Assembly: GCA_031402435.1 (NCBI GenBank)
Contig: JANNSJ010000058.1
Coordinates: 150,213-214,212 of the forward strand
DNA: 64,000 nucleotides
Reading direction: 5' to 3'
From: Bacteroidota bacterium
GTDB lineage: Bacteria; Bacteroidota; Ignavibacteria; UBA10030; UBA6906
Part shown: one piece after another, positions 9,499 through 17,366 of the stretch
Position numbering within the stretch: position 1 is the first letter of the stretch
How the letters are laid out: each line of letters starts with the position of its first letter
Notes under the pieces: model-generated
Databases searched by the model: none
Told to the model about the DNA's origin: nothing
Seen by the model: only the letters and a program-made list of their open reading frames with translations
Position numbers and translations under genes: made by a program

Positions 9499-9632
9499 AA
9501 TGGACCGGTCAGTTCGTGGGGGGTGGCTGGACCTGGTTAGTGGAAGCGAAATCCACCGCACTCATGCTTCAAATGTACCATTTTTCGGGAGTGATTTCAA
9601 GGAAGCTCATCTGTAGGTAGTGCCTGCAGGCA

Positions 9633-10070
9633 CTACCCATCTGTATGTGGATGCTGGTCGGGGTGGTCGATAAGCCAGTTTTTGTACCAGCTTAAATCAT
9701 AACACAACGCAAGCAAGTGTTGCAAAGAATCCGGGGTCATGCTCAGGTACGTGAATGAAAATTGCTGTCGTGTTGCTGCCGGGGCGTCTTGGAGTAACGC
9801 GCGCAACAGCGCCGTTGCCCTGTCGATAGCCTCGGTAAACTCGCGGGAAAGCTTCTCAAACCCATCTCCGTCGTTGCCGATGCGCGTCATGATACCCAAT
9901 GTCTTTGAAGCGAACTTTGCAAGAAAGCTGAGCTTCTCCAGGGCTTCATGCTGTTTGTTCGCTGTAGAAAGCTCAATCAGAATACCGAGATCATTCCGGC
10001 GCGTAAGCTTGTATTGCGAGAGAAGGTCGAGGGATGTCAGAAGTTCCACTGTTGATTTACGGAGTTGCAT
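9633..10070 (-). CDS. Hypothetical alpha-helical protein
   Basis: 145 aa from ATG 10070 (MQLRKSTVELL); this start avoids overlap with the divergent kinase. Confidence 0.65.
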   Translation of the reverse strand: MQLRKSTVELLTSLDLLSQYKLTRRNDLGILIELSTANKQHEALEKLSFLAKFASKTLGIMTRIGNDGDGFEKLSREFTEAIDRATALLRALLQDAPAATRQQFSFTYLSMTPDSLQHLLALCYDLSWYKNWLIDHPDQHPHTDG

Positions 10071-10280
10071 GGTGCTATTACGTTGAGGCGAGAAGTGTTT
10101 GAACTGGCCATAAGACTGTGTAACCGCCATAATATAGAAGAAGCCGGATGTACATACAACATCCTGGAACTTTTGAATGGGATCCATGTCTTTACTGTGG
10201 TAGAGTTGCTTCGTTGCTTCTTCTGCAACCAATGGGTAACTTTGGATGAAATGCACAAGGTACAATACATCAATCAGGCT

Positions 10281-11867
10281 ATGGATCTGTTCCAGCGACT
10301 ACCGTTATCGAAAAAGATATTGCTCGGTATTCTGCCGCTGTTCCTTCTCTTCATCTCGGTGAGTGTGGTACTCCAGAATCATTTTCAGGAACAGGAAATG
10401 ATGGAGCAGGCTCAGGCGTCGGCTCACACCTATGCCGATATCATCAAGGAATCTCTCGTCAGCATGATGGTGAATAACCTGGAGGTGGACAACAGTTTTC
10501 TTGAACGCCTGAATGTGTTGCAGCAATTCGACACCGTTCATATTCTCGTCAACGATCTTCACGTGCGCGATGAACTCCTGACCCCAAAACGTATTCAACG
10601 GATCGAAACAAAGCTCAAAACACTCCAACCGCACGACTCTCTGGAGCAAAAGGTATTGGTGTCTGGGCAGCCTTTGTTCATTCGCAACGGTGATCATTTT
10701 CGCGGCGTCATTCCATTTACCGCAACCGAAGTGTGTCAGAAGTGTCACGCCGTTCCTATAGGCTATACACTCGGTGCCACGGATTTGCACATTTCTCTTG
10801 AACGGATTTCCCGGGTGGCGGCGGGAAACTGGAAACGGTCATTTATTATCTTTCTTGTCTTCACCGGACTGGTCATCGCCTTTGCAACATTCATGTTCAC
10901 GCGCTATGTATCGACACCGATTGAGCAATTGGTCGTTGCGACACGAGAGATCAGCAGGGGTAACCTGGAGTATACGATCAGCGCGGGTGAAGCAGATACC
11001 CACGTTTCCTCCTCGCACGATGAGCTGACGTTTCTTGGCCGCATGTTCGACTCAATGAGGGAGTCGCTGAGAGAGAAGATCAACCAGCTTGATCATGCCA
11101 ATGCAAATCTCTCGGAACGAAACAAGGAGGTCGAAGATGCGCTGCTGAAGTTGAAGCAGGCCCAGGAGGAGCTTGTGCGCAGTGAGCGGCTCGCGATTAC
11201 AGGCAAAATGACCGCACAACTCTCCCATGAAATCAACAACCCTATCCACAACATCCAGAGCCTCCTCGAGTCTTCGTTGCGAAAGGTGAATGGAAACCAG
11301 CAAGTGCAAGGCCTGATCGGTGTAGCGTTGGAAGAGGTCTCCCGCATGGCACAGTTGACGCGACAGATGCTGGACTTCTACCGTGGGTCCGTAGTGGATA
11401 TACCCCACGAGCTCGTGGACATGCGCAGCCTGCTATCTGAGGTGACAAGGATGAACGAGGAATCCCTTGCAAAGAAACATATCACCATCGCGCTGAATAT
11501 GCCCTCATCTCTCCCGTTGATTGAAGGGTCCCCGGATAAGTTGAAGCAAGTATTTCTTAACCTGATACTGAATGCTCGAGATGCCATGCCGAACGGAGGG
11601 ACGATTGCCGTCGGAGCCCATGCTGCGCGCGGGAGATTGGCTATTGATGTCCATGATTCCGGCATCGGTATTCCGCCGGAAAACATGGGGAGAATCTTCG
11701 ATGCATTTTTCACAACAAAGAAGGAGGTCAGCGGCGTAGGGCTGGGGTTGTCAGTGACATACGGTATTATTCAGCAACATAAGGGATCCATTGAGGTAAC
11801 GAGTGTGGCGGGAGAGGGAACGACATTCACAATTCAATTGCCAACAGTTGGTGAAACCCATGAGTGA
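10281..11867 (+). CDS. Sensor histidine kinase with periplasmic heme-c (CxxCH) sensor domain (DUF3365/Tll0287-like), HAMP, HisKA, HATPase
   Basis: TM1 after MDLFQRLPLSKK; periplasmic EVCQKCHA; TM2; H-box LSHEINNP; NLILNARDAM; DSGIGI; GVGLGL. Confidence 0.92.
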   Translation: MDLFQRLPLSKKILLGILPLFLLFISVSVVLQNHFQEQEMMEQAQASAHTYADIIKESLVSMMVNNLEVDNSFLERLNVLQQFDTVHILVNDLHVRDELLTPKRIQRIETKLKTLQPHDSLEQKVLVSGQPLFIRNGDHFRGVIPFTATEVCQKCHAVPIGYTLGATDLHISLERISRVAAGNWKRSFIIFLVFTGLVIAFATFMFTRYVSTPIEQLVVATREISRGNLEYTISAGEADTHVSSSHDELTFLGRMFDSMRESLREKINQLDHANANLSERNKEVEDALLKLKQAQEELVRSERLAITGKMTAQLSHEINNPIHNIQSLLESSLRKVNGNQQVQGLIGVALEEVSRMAQLTRQMLDFYRGSVVDIPHELVDMRSLLSEVTRMNEESLAKKHITIALNMPSSLPLIEGSPDKLKQVFLNLILNARDAMPNGGTIAVGAHAARGRLAIDVHDSGIGIPPENMGRIFDAFFTTKKEVSGVGLGLSVTYGIIQQHKGSIEVTSVAGEGTTFTIQLPTVGETHE

Positions 11868-13296
11868 CATGACAAACGCGGCCGTTCGTGCACCCGGTAG
11901 CCGGGAGCGTATCCTTGTTGTCGACGACGACAAGGCATTTCGCGTTGCGACCCAAACCCTTCTGGAGGACGAGGGGTACCGGATTTCTCTCGCTACGAAT
12001 GCCGCCGAGGCGTTGTCCGTTCTTGATCAGGACGAGTTCGATCTTCTGTTAACTGATATGGTCATGGAAAACATGACAGGTATGGAGTTGCTCAGGAACG
12101 TCCGTCGTAAATTCCCCGACCTTCTCGTGATTATGGTAACGGGCTTCGGTTCTATTTCAACTGCCGTGGAGGCCATGTATCATGGCGCTGCCGACTACCT
12201 GACGAAGCCGTGCAACAATAATGAACTATTATTGAAAATCAAAAAGGCACTGGATTCACAACAGAAGGATCGGGAGTTGAAGATGTTGCGGGAAGAAATC
12301 CGCAGCACCTACAGTTTTGGGAATATTGTAACGCGCAGCGACAAGATGAAAGATATCCTTCGGCAAGTCCGCCAGGTTGCCGATACCGATGTTACCGTGT
12401 TGGTCCAGGGTGAAAGCGGCACAGGAAAGGAGCTCGTTGCACACGCGTTGCATTACAACAGCAACCGTGCCGCTGGGCCATTTATCGCGGTGAATTGTTC
12501 CGCCATACCGGAGAACCTGTTGGAGAGTGAGCTCTTCGGATACGAGAAGGGTGCTTTTACCGGAGCGATGAAACAGAAATCCGGCAAGTTTGAGGATGCA
12601 CATACCGGCACACTTTTCTTGGATGAGATCGGCGATATTTCTGCTGCGGTTCAGACAAAGCTGCTGCGGGTTCTTCAGGAAAAAAAATTCGAACGGATCG
12701 GAGGCAATGCTTCGCTCACCGTCGATACACGCGTGGTTGCGGCGACAAATCGTGATCTTGAGATGATGATGCGACAAGGTGACTTTCGCGAAGATCTGTT
12801 CTATCGACTGAACGTGTTTCCGATTGTCCTCCCCCCATTGCGAGAGCGACTCGAAGATATTCCCCTGCTCACCGAACACTTCATGCAACGCCACTCTGAT
12901 CTCGCAGGGGGTCGCGTGAAATTCATTGCACCGGCTGTCATCAGCGATATGATGAACTATACGTGGCGGGGAAACATACGAGAGCTGGAAAACCTTACAA
13001 AACGAGCAATGATAAAAACGATTGGCGACACGGTGAATTCCATGGAGGTGCCAACCAGCGAAGGTCATCCTGCGCAGCCATCAACAGACCCTGCACAAAC
13101 AGTCAATCTGAATACTCCGTACAAGGATTACCTCTCTACCATTACCCGTGATGCCGAAGAGAAATATCTTGTTCGCATGTTACGTCTTTATAAAGGCAAC
13201 ATCAATCATATTGCCAGGATGATGGACGTGGATCGGAAGACCATTTATCGAAAGATGGCCGAGTACTCCATCGACCCATCCACATTTAGAGAGTAA
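11860..13296 (+). CDS. Sigma54-dependent (NtrC-family) response regulator
   Basis: Receiver (VVDDD, LLTDMVM), GESGTGKE, ESELFGYEKGAFTGA, LFLDEIGD, WRGNIREL, C-terminal Fis-type HTH; 8-bp overlap with the kinase. Confidence 0.95.
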   Translation: MSDMTNAAVRAPGSRERILVVDDDKAFRVATQTLLEDEGYRISLATNAAEALSVLDQDEFDLLLTDMVMENMTGMELLRNVRRKFPDLLVIMVTGFGSISTAVEAMYHGAADYLTKPCNNNELLLKIKKALDSQQKDRELKMLREEIRSTYSFGNIVTRSDKMKDILRQVRQVADTDVTVLVQGESGTGKELVAHALHYNSNRAAGPFIAVNCSAIPENLLESELFGYEKGAFTGAMKQKSGKFEDAHTGTLFLDEIGDISAAVQTKLLRVLQEKKFERIGGNASLTVDTRVVAATNRDLEMMMRQGDFREDLFYRLNVFPIVLPPLRERLEDIPLLTEHFMQRHSDLAGGRVKFIAPAVISDMMNYTWRGNIRELENLTKRAMIKTIGDTVNSMEVPTSEGHPAQPSTDPAQTVNLNTPYKDYLSTITRDAEEKYLVRMLRLYKGNINHIARMMDVDRKTIYRKMAEYSIDPSTFRE

Positions 13297-13358
13297 ATCC
13301 TCATTAAACTCACGCGTGGCAACAATGTCCCACACTTGCAGGCTCCCGGCGGTAGCAT

Positions 13359-13376
13359 TGTGGCAGAATAGCCACA
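13359..13376. promoter_or_regulatory. Candidate upstream activator sequence for the sigma54 activator
   Basis: Perfect inverted repeat TGTGGC-N6-GCCACA ending 69 nt upstream of a -24/-12-like element. Confidence 0.45.
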
Positions 13377-13444
13377 CCATTGATCTTCTGTACTATCTTT
13401 TCCCCTAACGGCTCCAATTTTATCAGTTCTTTTGACCAAGTGCC

Positions 13445-13461
13445 TTGGCACGCGTGTTGAC
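13445..13461 (+). promoter_or_regulatory. Candidate sigma54 (-24/-12) promoter of the ECF sigma gene
   Basis: TTGGCACGCGTGTTGAC: perfect -24 block and correct spacing, but GA instead of GC at -12. Confidence 0.4.
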
Positions 13462-13516
13462 ATACCACAGGTACAGCATTTCCACAACACCCGTTCATCG
13501 ACATACACTATTTATT

Positions 13517-14107
13517 ATGGCAGCGCGAACGTTATTCGAACAGGAAGCGCTCCCTCAGCTTGGAGCCCTTAAGAATTTTGCTTTCCAGTTGTGCCGGGAC
13601 GAACAGTATTCTCGTGATCTCGTTCAGGAGACGCTGTTGAAGGCGTATACATATTTCCATACCTATCGAGAGGGCACAAACTGCCGGGCATGGCTCTTCC
13701 AGATCTGCAAGAATTCCTATTTTAATGAGGCGAAGAAGCGAAAATACCAACCGGCGGCAATCGATTTTCAGGAACTGGAGTCGGGTGAGCGTTCCGGAAA
13801 GAGTGAAGACGGCGGACGAAGTCTGCACATTCTTATGAGTGAGCGCCATTCTGGATCCTTGTATACAGGTGTATTGGGTGATGAGGTGGTGACTGCTTTT
13901 GAGACTCTTCCCGCGGATTACCAGACAGTGTTGATCCTATGTGATATGGAGGGCTATACCTACGAAGAGATAGCAGGCTTTATGCAAACTCCTGTTGGAA
14001 CGATTCGGTCGCGCATTCATCGCGGTCGAAAGATGCTGGGATGTCAACTCCGTGACTATGCCGGCACACGTGGATACAAGATACAACAACAATCTCTATC
14101 CAATTGA
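13517..14107 (+). CDS. ECF sigma factor (SigR/SigH-like sequence)
   Basis: FEQEALPQL, DLVQETLLKAY, GTNCRAWLFQI; region 4 YEEIAGFMQTPVGTIRSRIHRGRKML. Confidence 0.9.
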   Translation: MAARTLFEQEALPQLGALKNFAFQLCRDEQYSRDLVQETLLKAYTYFHTYREGTNCRAWLFQICKNSYFNEAKKRKYQPAAIDFQELESGERSGKSEDGGRSLHILMSERHSGSLYTGVLGDEVVTAFETLPADYQTVLILCDMEGYTYEEIAGFMQTPVGTIRSRIHRGRKMLGCQLRDYAGTRGYKIQQQSLSN

Positions 14108-14141
14108 GTGATATGGGAAAGCTACGGCACGAGAAACGCAC

Positions 14142-14312
14142 ATGAAAATTGAAACAAATAGTATCGTCACGTCTCGGGAAATCAAGGGAAAACGGCTTGG
14201 CGGGAAAGATCTGCCATTTTGGAGAAGAGAGAGCCGCGTCAGCTATGTGTTGGCGCTTGCGTTGATATTGCTTGGCTTGGTGCTGGCACTTATTCTGCAG
14301 ACCTTCGCGTAA
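14142..14312 (+). CDS. Candidate 56-aa single-pass membrane microprotein
   Basis: ATG 14142 to TAA 14312 gives MKIETNSIVTSREIKGKRLGGKDLPFWRRESRVSYVLALALILLGLVLALILQTFA: basic N-part and one clean C-terminal TM helix. Below the ORF-track cutoff. Confidence 0.5.
   Translation: MKIETNSIVTSREIKGKRLGGKDLPFWRRESRVSYVLALALILLGLVLALILQTFA
14283..14299 (+). promoter_or_regulatory. Candidate sigma54 (-24/-12) promoter of the cytochrome-porin operon
   Basis: CTGGCACTTATTCTGCA: GG-N10-GC spacing, one mismatch to TGGCAC-N5-TTGCA. Confidence 0.45.
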
Positions 14313-14473
14313 CCATGTTATGTGTGGAACTCTTGGTTCATAATGACAGCCTGAAATAACATAAAGAACATGAGAGCAGATGGGTTGCTTCCAACCGGGA
14401 CCTTCTTTATATTTCCACATAACGTGTTCAATAAGGTCTTATCGTTCTCCAACCCAATAGAAGGAATTGATCG

Positions 14474-15595
14474 ATGAAGTTTCCTCTTCGGATTGCGGTG
14501 ATACTTGTGGTGGGTCTGTTCAGCAGCATCCCCGCGTATGCTCTGCCACGATTCGCCGCTCGTACTGGCGCGAAGTGCCAGTCATGTCATGTCAACCCTT
14601 CCGGCGGGGGTATGCGTCAAACATTCGGCGTACAGTATGGTCGGGAGACGCTGCCCGTTCCAACCTGGTCCGAGGAATTTGGGCTCGATGAGTTCTCTAC
14701 GAAACTGACGGACTTTGTCTCTGTTGGTGCGGATTTCAGGACGTTGTTCTTCTATCAGCAAAACCCTGATACGGGAACTCCACCGAAATCTGTGAAGGGG
14801 GCAAACGCTTTTTGGGAAATGCAAGGCGATGTGTACATGAGTTTTCGATTGGCAAAAAAAGTAAGCATCTATCTTGATAAGGGGATTTACACAGGTTTTG
14901 AAATCTTCGGTCTGCTGAATGTTCTTCCTGCGAATGGTTACATCAAAATCGGGAAATTTGTTCCCAACTATGGAATGAAAACTGATGATCACCGTACCTT
15001 TATTCGTACACATACCGGCTTCAGCGCAGAAACCGGTCGCCCCGAGTTGACCGGAGCGGAGGTTGCCGTTCTACCCGGACCGATTTCCATTACAGGAGGC
15101 GTGTATAATTCTTCGGATGGGTTTGGTGTGGGAACCGGCAACAGCAAAGCCGTACTGGGAAGGGCAGAGGGAATGTTCAAAGCGTCAGAGGACATTTCCA
15201 TCGGGGTTGGAGGAAATGTTTTTACAAAGATGAATACCGCAAGCCAAAGGACAACGCTGTTCGGTGGATTCGGCTCGTTCAGCTATCAGGACTTCACCGT
15301 TCTTGGAGAGGCAGACCTTATTCAGAATAAGCTTGCCGGAACGAAAATCACCGGTCTTGTAACATTTGTCGAACTCAACTATGTTCTGACGCCCGGACTG
15401 GACTTGAAGGTGGGATACAACTTCTACGACCCCAACAAGGATTTGAAAACAGGTTCATTATCGAAGTACAGCATTGGATTGGAGTTCTTCCCGATCTCCG
15501 GTGTTGAGGTGCGGCCCGTCTATAATATTGTAAAGGAAGAGCCGGCAGATGTAAAGAATGATGAATTCCAACTTCTCTTCCATTTTTATCTGTAA
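14474..15595 (+). CDS. Fused monoheme cytochrome c - outer-membrane beta-barrel (Cyc2-like architecture)
   Basis: Signal peptide, then ALPRFAARTGAKCQSCH; the rest is alternating beta-strand sequence ending in an OMP-type terminus (LLFHFYL). Confidence 0.8.
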   Translation: MKFPLRIAVILVVGLFSSIPAYALPRFAARTGAKCQSCHVNPSGGGMRQTFGVQYGRETLPVPTWSEEFGLDEFSTKLTDFVSVGADFRTLFFYQQNPDTGTPPKSVKGANAFWEMQGDVYMSFRLAKKVSIYLDKGIYTGFEIFGLLNVLPANGYIKIGKFVPNYGMKTDDHRTFIRTHTGFSAETGRPELTGAEVAVLPGPISITGGVYNSSDGFGVGTGNSKAVLGRAEGMFKASEDISIGVGGNVFTKMNTASQRTTLFGGFGSFSYQDFTVLGEADLIQNKLAGTKITGLVTFVELNYVLTPGLDLKVGYNFYDPNKDLKTGSLSKYSIGLEFFPISGVEVRPVYNIVKEEPADVKNDEFQLLFHFYL

Positions 15596-15625
15596 TAATT
15601 GCAACGCAATAGGGGAGTCTGTTTT

Positions 15626-16330
15626 ATGTTAAGACGCGTACTTTTGGGTGCAATAGAACTTTCGTGCTTTATCCTTCTTATCAATAGCTGTAAGGACATG
15701 GGGAGTGAACTGCCGACGCCTGCACGTCCTGTTCTTGTATCCACCCAATCATCAGTAAACCTTAGCCCTTCGGGACAGGCGACTCTCACCATTAGCGGAG
15801 GAAACCCTCCGTATACGGTAAGCAGCGATCCTGATCCAGCACTTGCAAGTGTTGCATTGAACAACCTTGTAAACGGTACCGCCACACTGACGATTACTGC
15901 CTCAGCTTCCGTTGTGACACCCGGGACCACGTCGGTAAAAATCAAAGACACCGACGGTGACGCGCCTGCTCACGAGGAACAAGAGATAACAATTATTATT
16001 ATCGTCAATCCGGTTCCCATATCATTCTCGTCTCAAATCCAGCCGATCTTTACGACAAATTGTACGGATGCCGGTTGTCATCCCGGCGGTGGTGCACCAT
16101 TCTCTTTGCAGGCTGGCGCGAGCTATGGGAATCTTGTTGGGGTAGCAGCGACCAACGGACCTTGTGCGGGTGATCTGCGTGTGCAACCATCGAATGCCAG
16201 TGGGAGCGCTTTGATAAAACGCCTCAACGGAACATGCGGGCAACGAATGCCGCTTGGAAGTCCATCCCTGCCGTTGGCCCAGATACAATTAATAAGCGAT
16301 TGGATTAACCAGGGTGCGAACAACAATTGA
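15626..16330 (+). CDS. Lipoprotein with Ig-like domain and C-terminal cytochrome c domain (atypical CX4CH)
   Basis: Lipobox INSC; IQPIFTTNCTDAGCH; distal RMP; ends DWINQGANNN. Confidence 0.8.
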   Translation: MLRRVLLGAIELSCFILLINSCKDMGSELPTPARPVLVSTQSSVNLSPSGQATLTISGGNPPYTVSSDPDPALASVALNNLVNGTATLTITASASVVTPGTTSVKIKDTDGDAPAHEEQEITIIIIVNPVPISFSSQIQPIFTTNCTDAGCHPGGGAPFSLQAGASYGNLVGVAATNGPCAGDLRVQPSNASGSALIKRLNGTCGQRMPLGSPSLPLAQIQLISDWINQGANNN

Positions 16331-16385
16331 GAACCATTGGGGGATTGAGAGTTCAAATGCATTGTGATGATTGGAGGGAAGAGAT

Positions 16386-16754
16386 ATGAGTCGATATTAT
16401 GCATCCGTTGTGATTGGTCTTGTGTGTCTCAGCGTGTTGATAGGCTCATGTAAGGATGAGGGGCAGCCGAATTCCCCTTCGACACCGGCGGGGTCTTTGT
16501 TGACAGCAACTCCAGCCGGTGTAACGGTAGGAGCGGGTGGATCACAAAATGTAACAATCACCGGGGGGACACATCCGTATACGGCGCAGCCGCAAAATCC
16601 GGGTCTTGCTTCGGCTCAGGTTATTACAAATGCTGACACTGCCGTCATAATGATAACGGGTGTTTCCACTGCGACCGGGTCAACATCAGTGATTGTAAAA
16701 GATGCTTCAACACCCCAGAAATCTGCAACGGTCGGAGTGAACAAGACCCCGTAG
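16386..16754 (+). CDS. Small lipoprotein, paralog of the N-terminal Ig-like domain of the preceding protein
   Basis: Lipobox IGSC; shares SCKDxG, TPA, TI(S/T)GGxxPYT, PxLAS and TSVxxKD with 15626..16330. Confidence 0.75.
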   Translation: MSRYYASVVIGLVCLSVLIGSCKDEGQPNSPSTPAGSLLTATPAGVTVGAGGSQNVTITGGTHPYTAQPQNPGLASAQVITNADTAVIMITGVSTATGSTSVIVKDASTPQKSATVGVNKTP

Positions 16755-16819
16755 TTGTAGTCGATGGCAGTTGTTTGTAGAGAAATCAGTATTCATCAAA
16801 AAGAAACCAGGAGGAAAAC

Positions 16820-17251
16820 GTGAGGTTCCATGCAGCCGCAATTCTTGCCATATCGTTGTCAATAGTTGTGAGTTCTTCGTTCGGTCAAGAAGGTCAGGTG
16901 AAAAAGTCGTCAAAGAACAAGACAAGCTCACCATCATTCAAGAAAGATATCTTTCCTATTATCAAAAAGAACTGTATGCCCTGCCATGCCGAGGAGAATT
17001 TCAATCCGAGCGAACTTTCCATGGATGACTATGACAAGCTACAGGCTGGCGGGAAGAACGGCACGGCGTGGGTTGTGGGGAAACCCGACGAGAGTCTTAT
17101 TGTAAAAAAGCTTGGCAATGAGCCACCGTTTGGTGATAGGATGCCACTCAACTCCAAGCGGAAGATCACAGAGGGTAAAGCCAAATGGCTTACGGACGAC
17201 GAGGTCAAAACAATTGTGACGTGGATTGATGGGGGAGCAAAAAATAACTAG
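16820..17251 (+). CDS. Periplasmic monoheme cytochrome c (planctomycete cytochrome C / PSCyt1-like)
   Basis: GGAGG RBS and GTG start; signal peptide; DIFPIIKKNCMPCH; GDRMP; ends TWIDGGAKNN. Confidence 0.85.
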   Translation: MRFHAAAILAISLSIVVSSSFGQEGQVKKSSKNKTSSPSFKKDIFPIIKKNCMPCHAEENFNPSELSMDDYDKLQAGGKNGTAWVVGKPDESLIVKKLGNEPPFGDRMPLNSKRKITEGKAKWLTDDEVKTIVTWIDGGAKNN

Positions 17252-17279
17252 CGTTCTGTTGAAAGCGATGCACAAGACT

Positions 17280-17311
17280 TCCCCGGGTGGACGGCCCGGG
17301 GATTTTTGTTT
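17280..17311 (+). terminator. Rho-independent terminator closing the cytochrome operon
   Basis: CCCCGGGT-GGACG-GCCCGGGG followed by ATTTTTGTTT. Confidence 0.75.
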
Positions 17312-17366
17312 TCGGGCATCATTGATTATATTGTTTACATAATTTCCTTGAAGAGCATGCATCACC

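Noticed and set aside
10065-10280. 72-aa N-terminal extension of the heme sensor kinase
   Set aside because: It overlaps the divergent gene start and looks non-coding; ATG 10281 directly precedes TM1.
12256-13068. Long antisense ORFs (also 8034..8888, 20693..21535, 23470..24099, 34305..34958, 52921..53631, 54543..55274, 59458..60135)
   Set aside because: They are shadows of well-supported genes on the opposite strand, with no recognisable motifs or RBS.
14125-14140. CGGCACGAGAAACGCA as a sigma54 promoter
   Set aside because: Spacing is right, but it lacks the T before GG and the TT before GC, and its start site would fall inside the small ORF.
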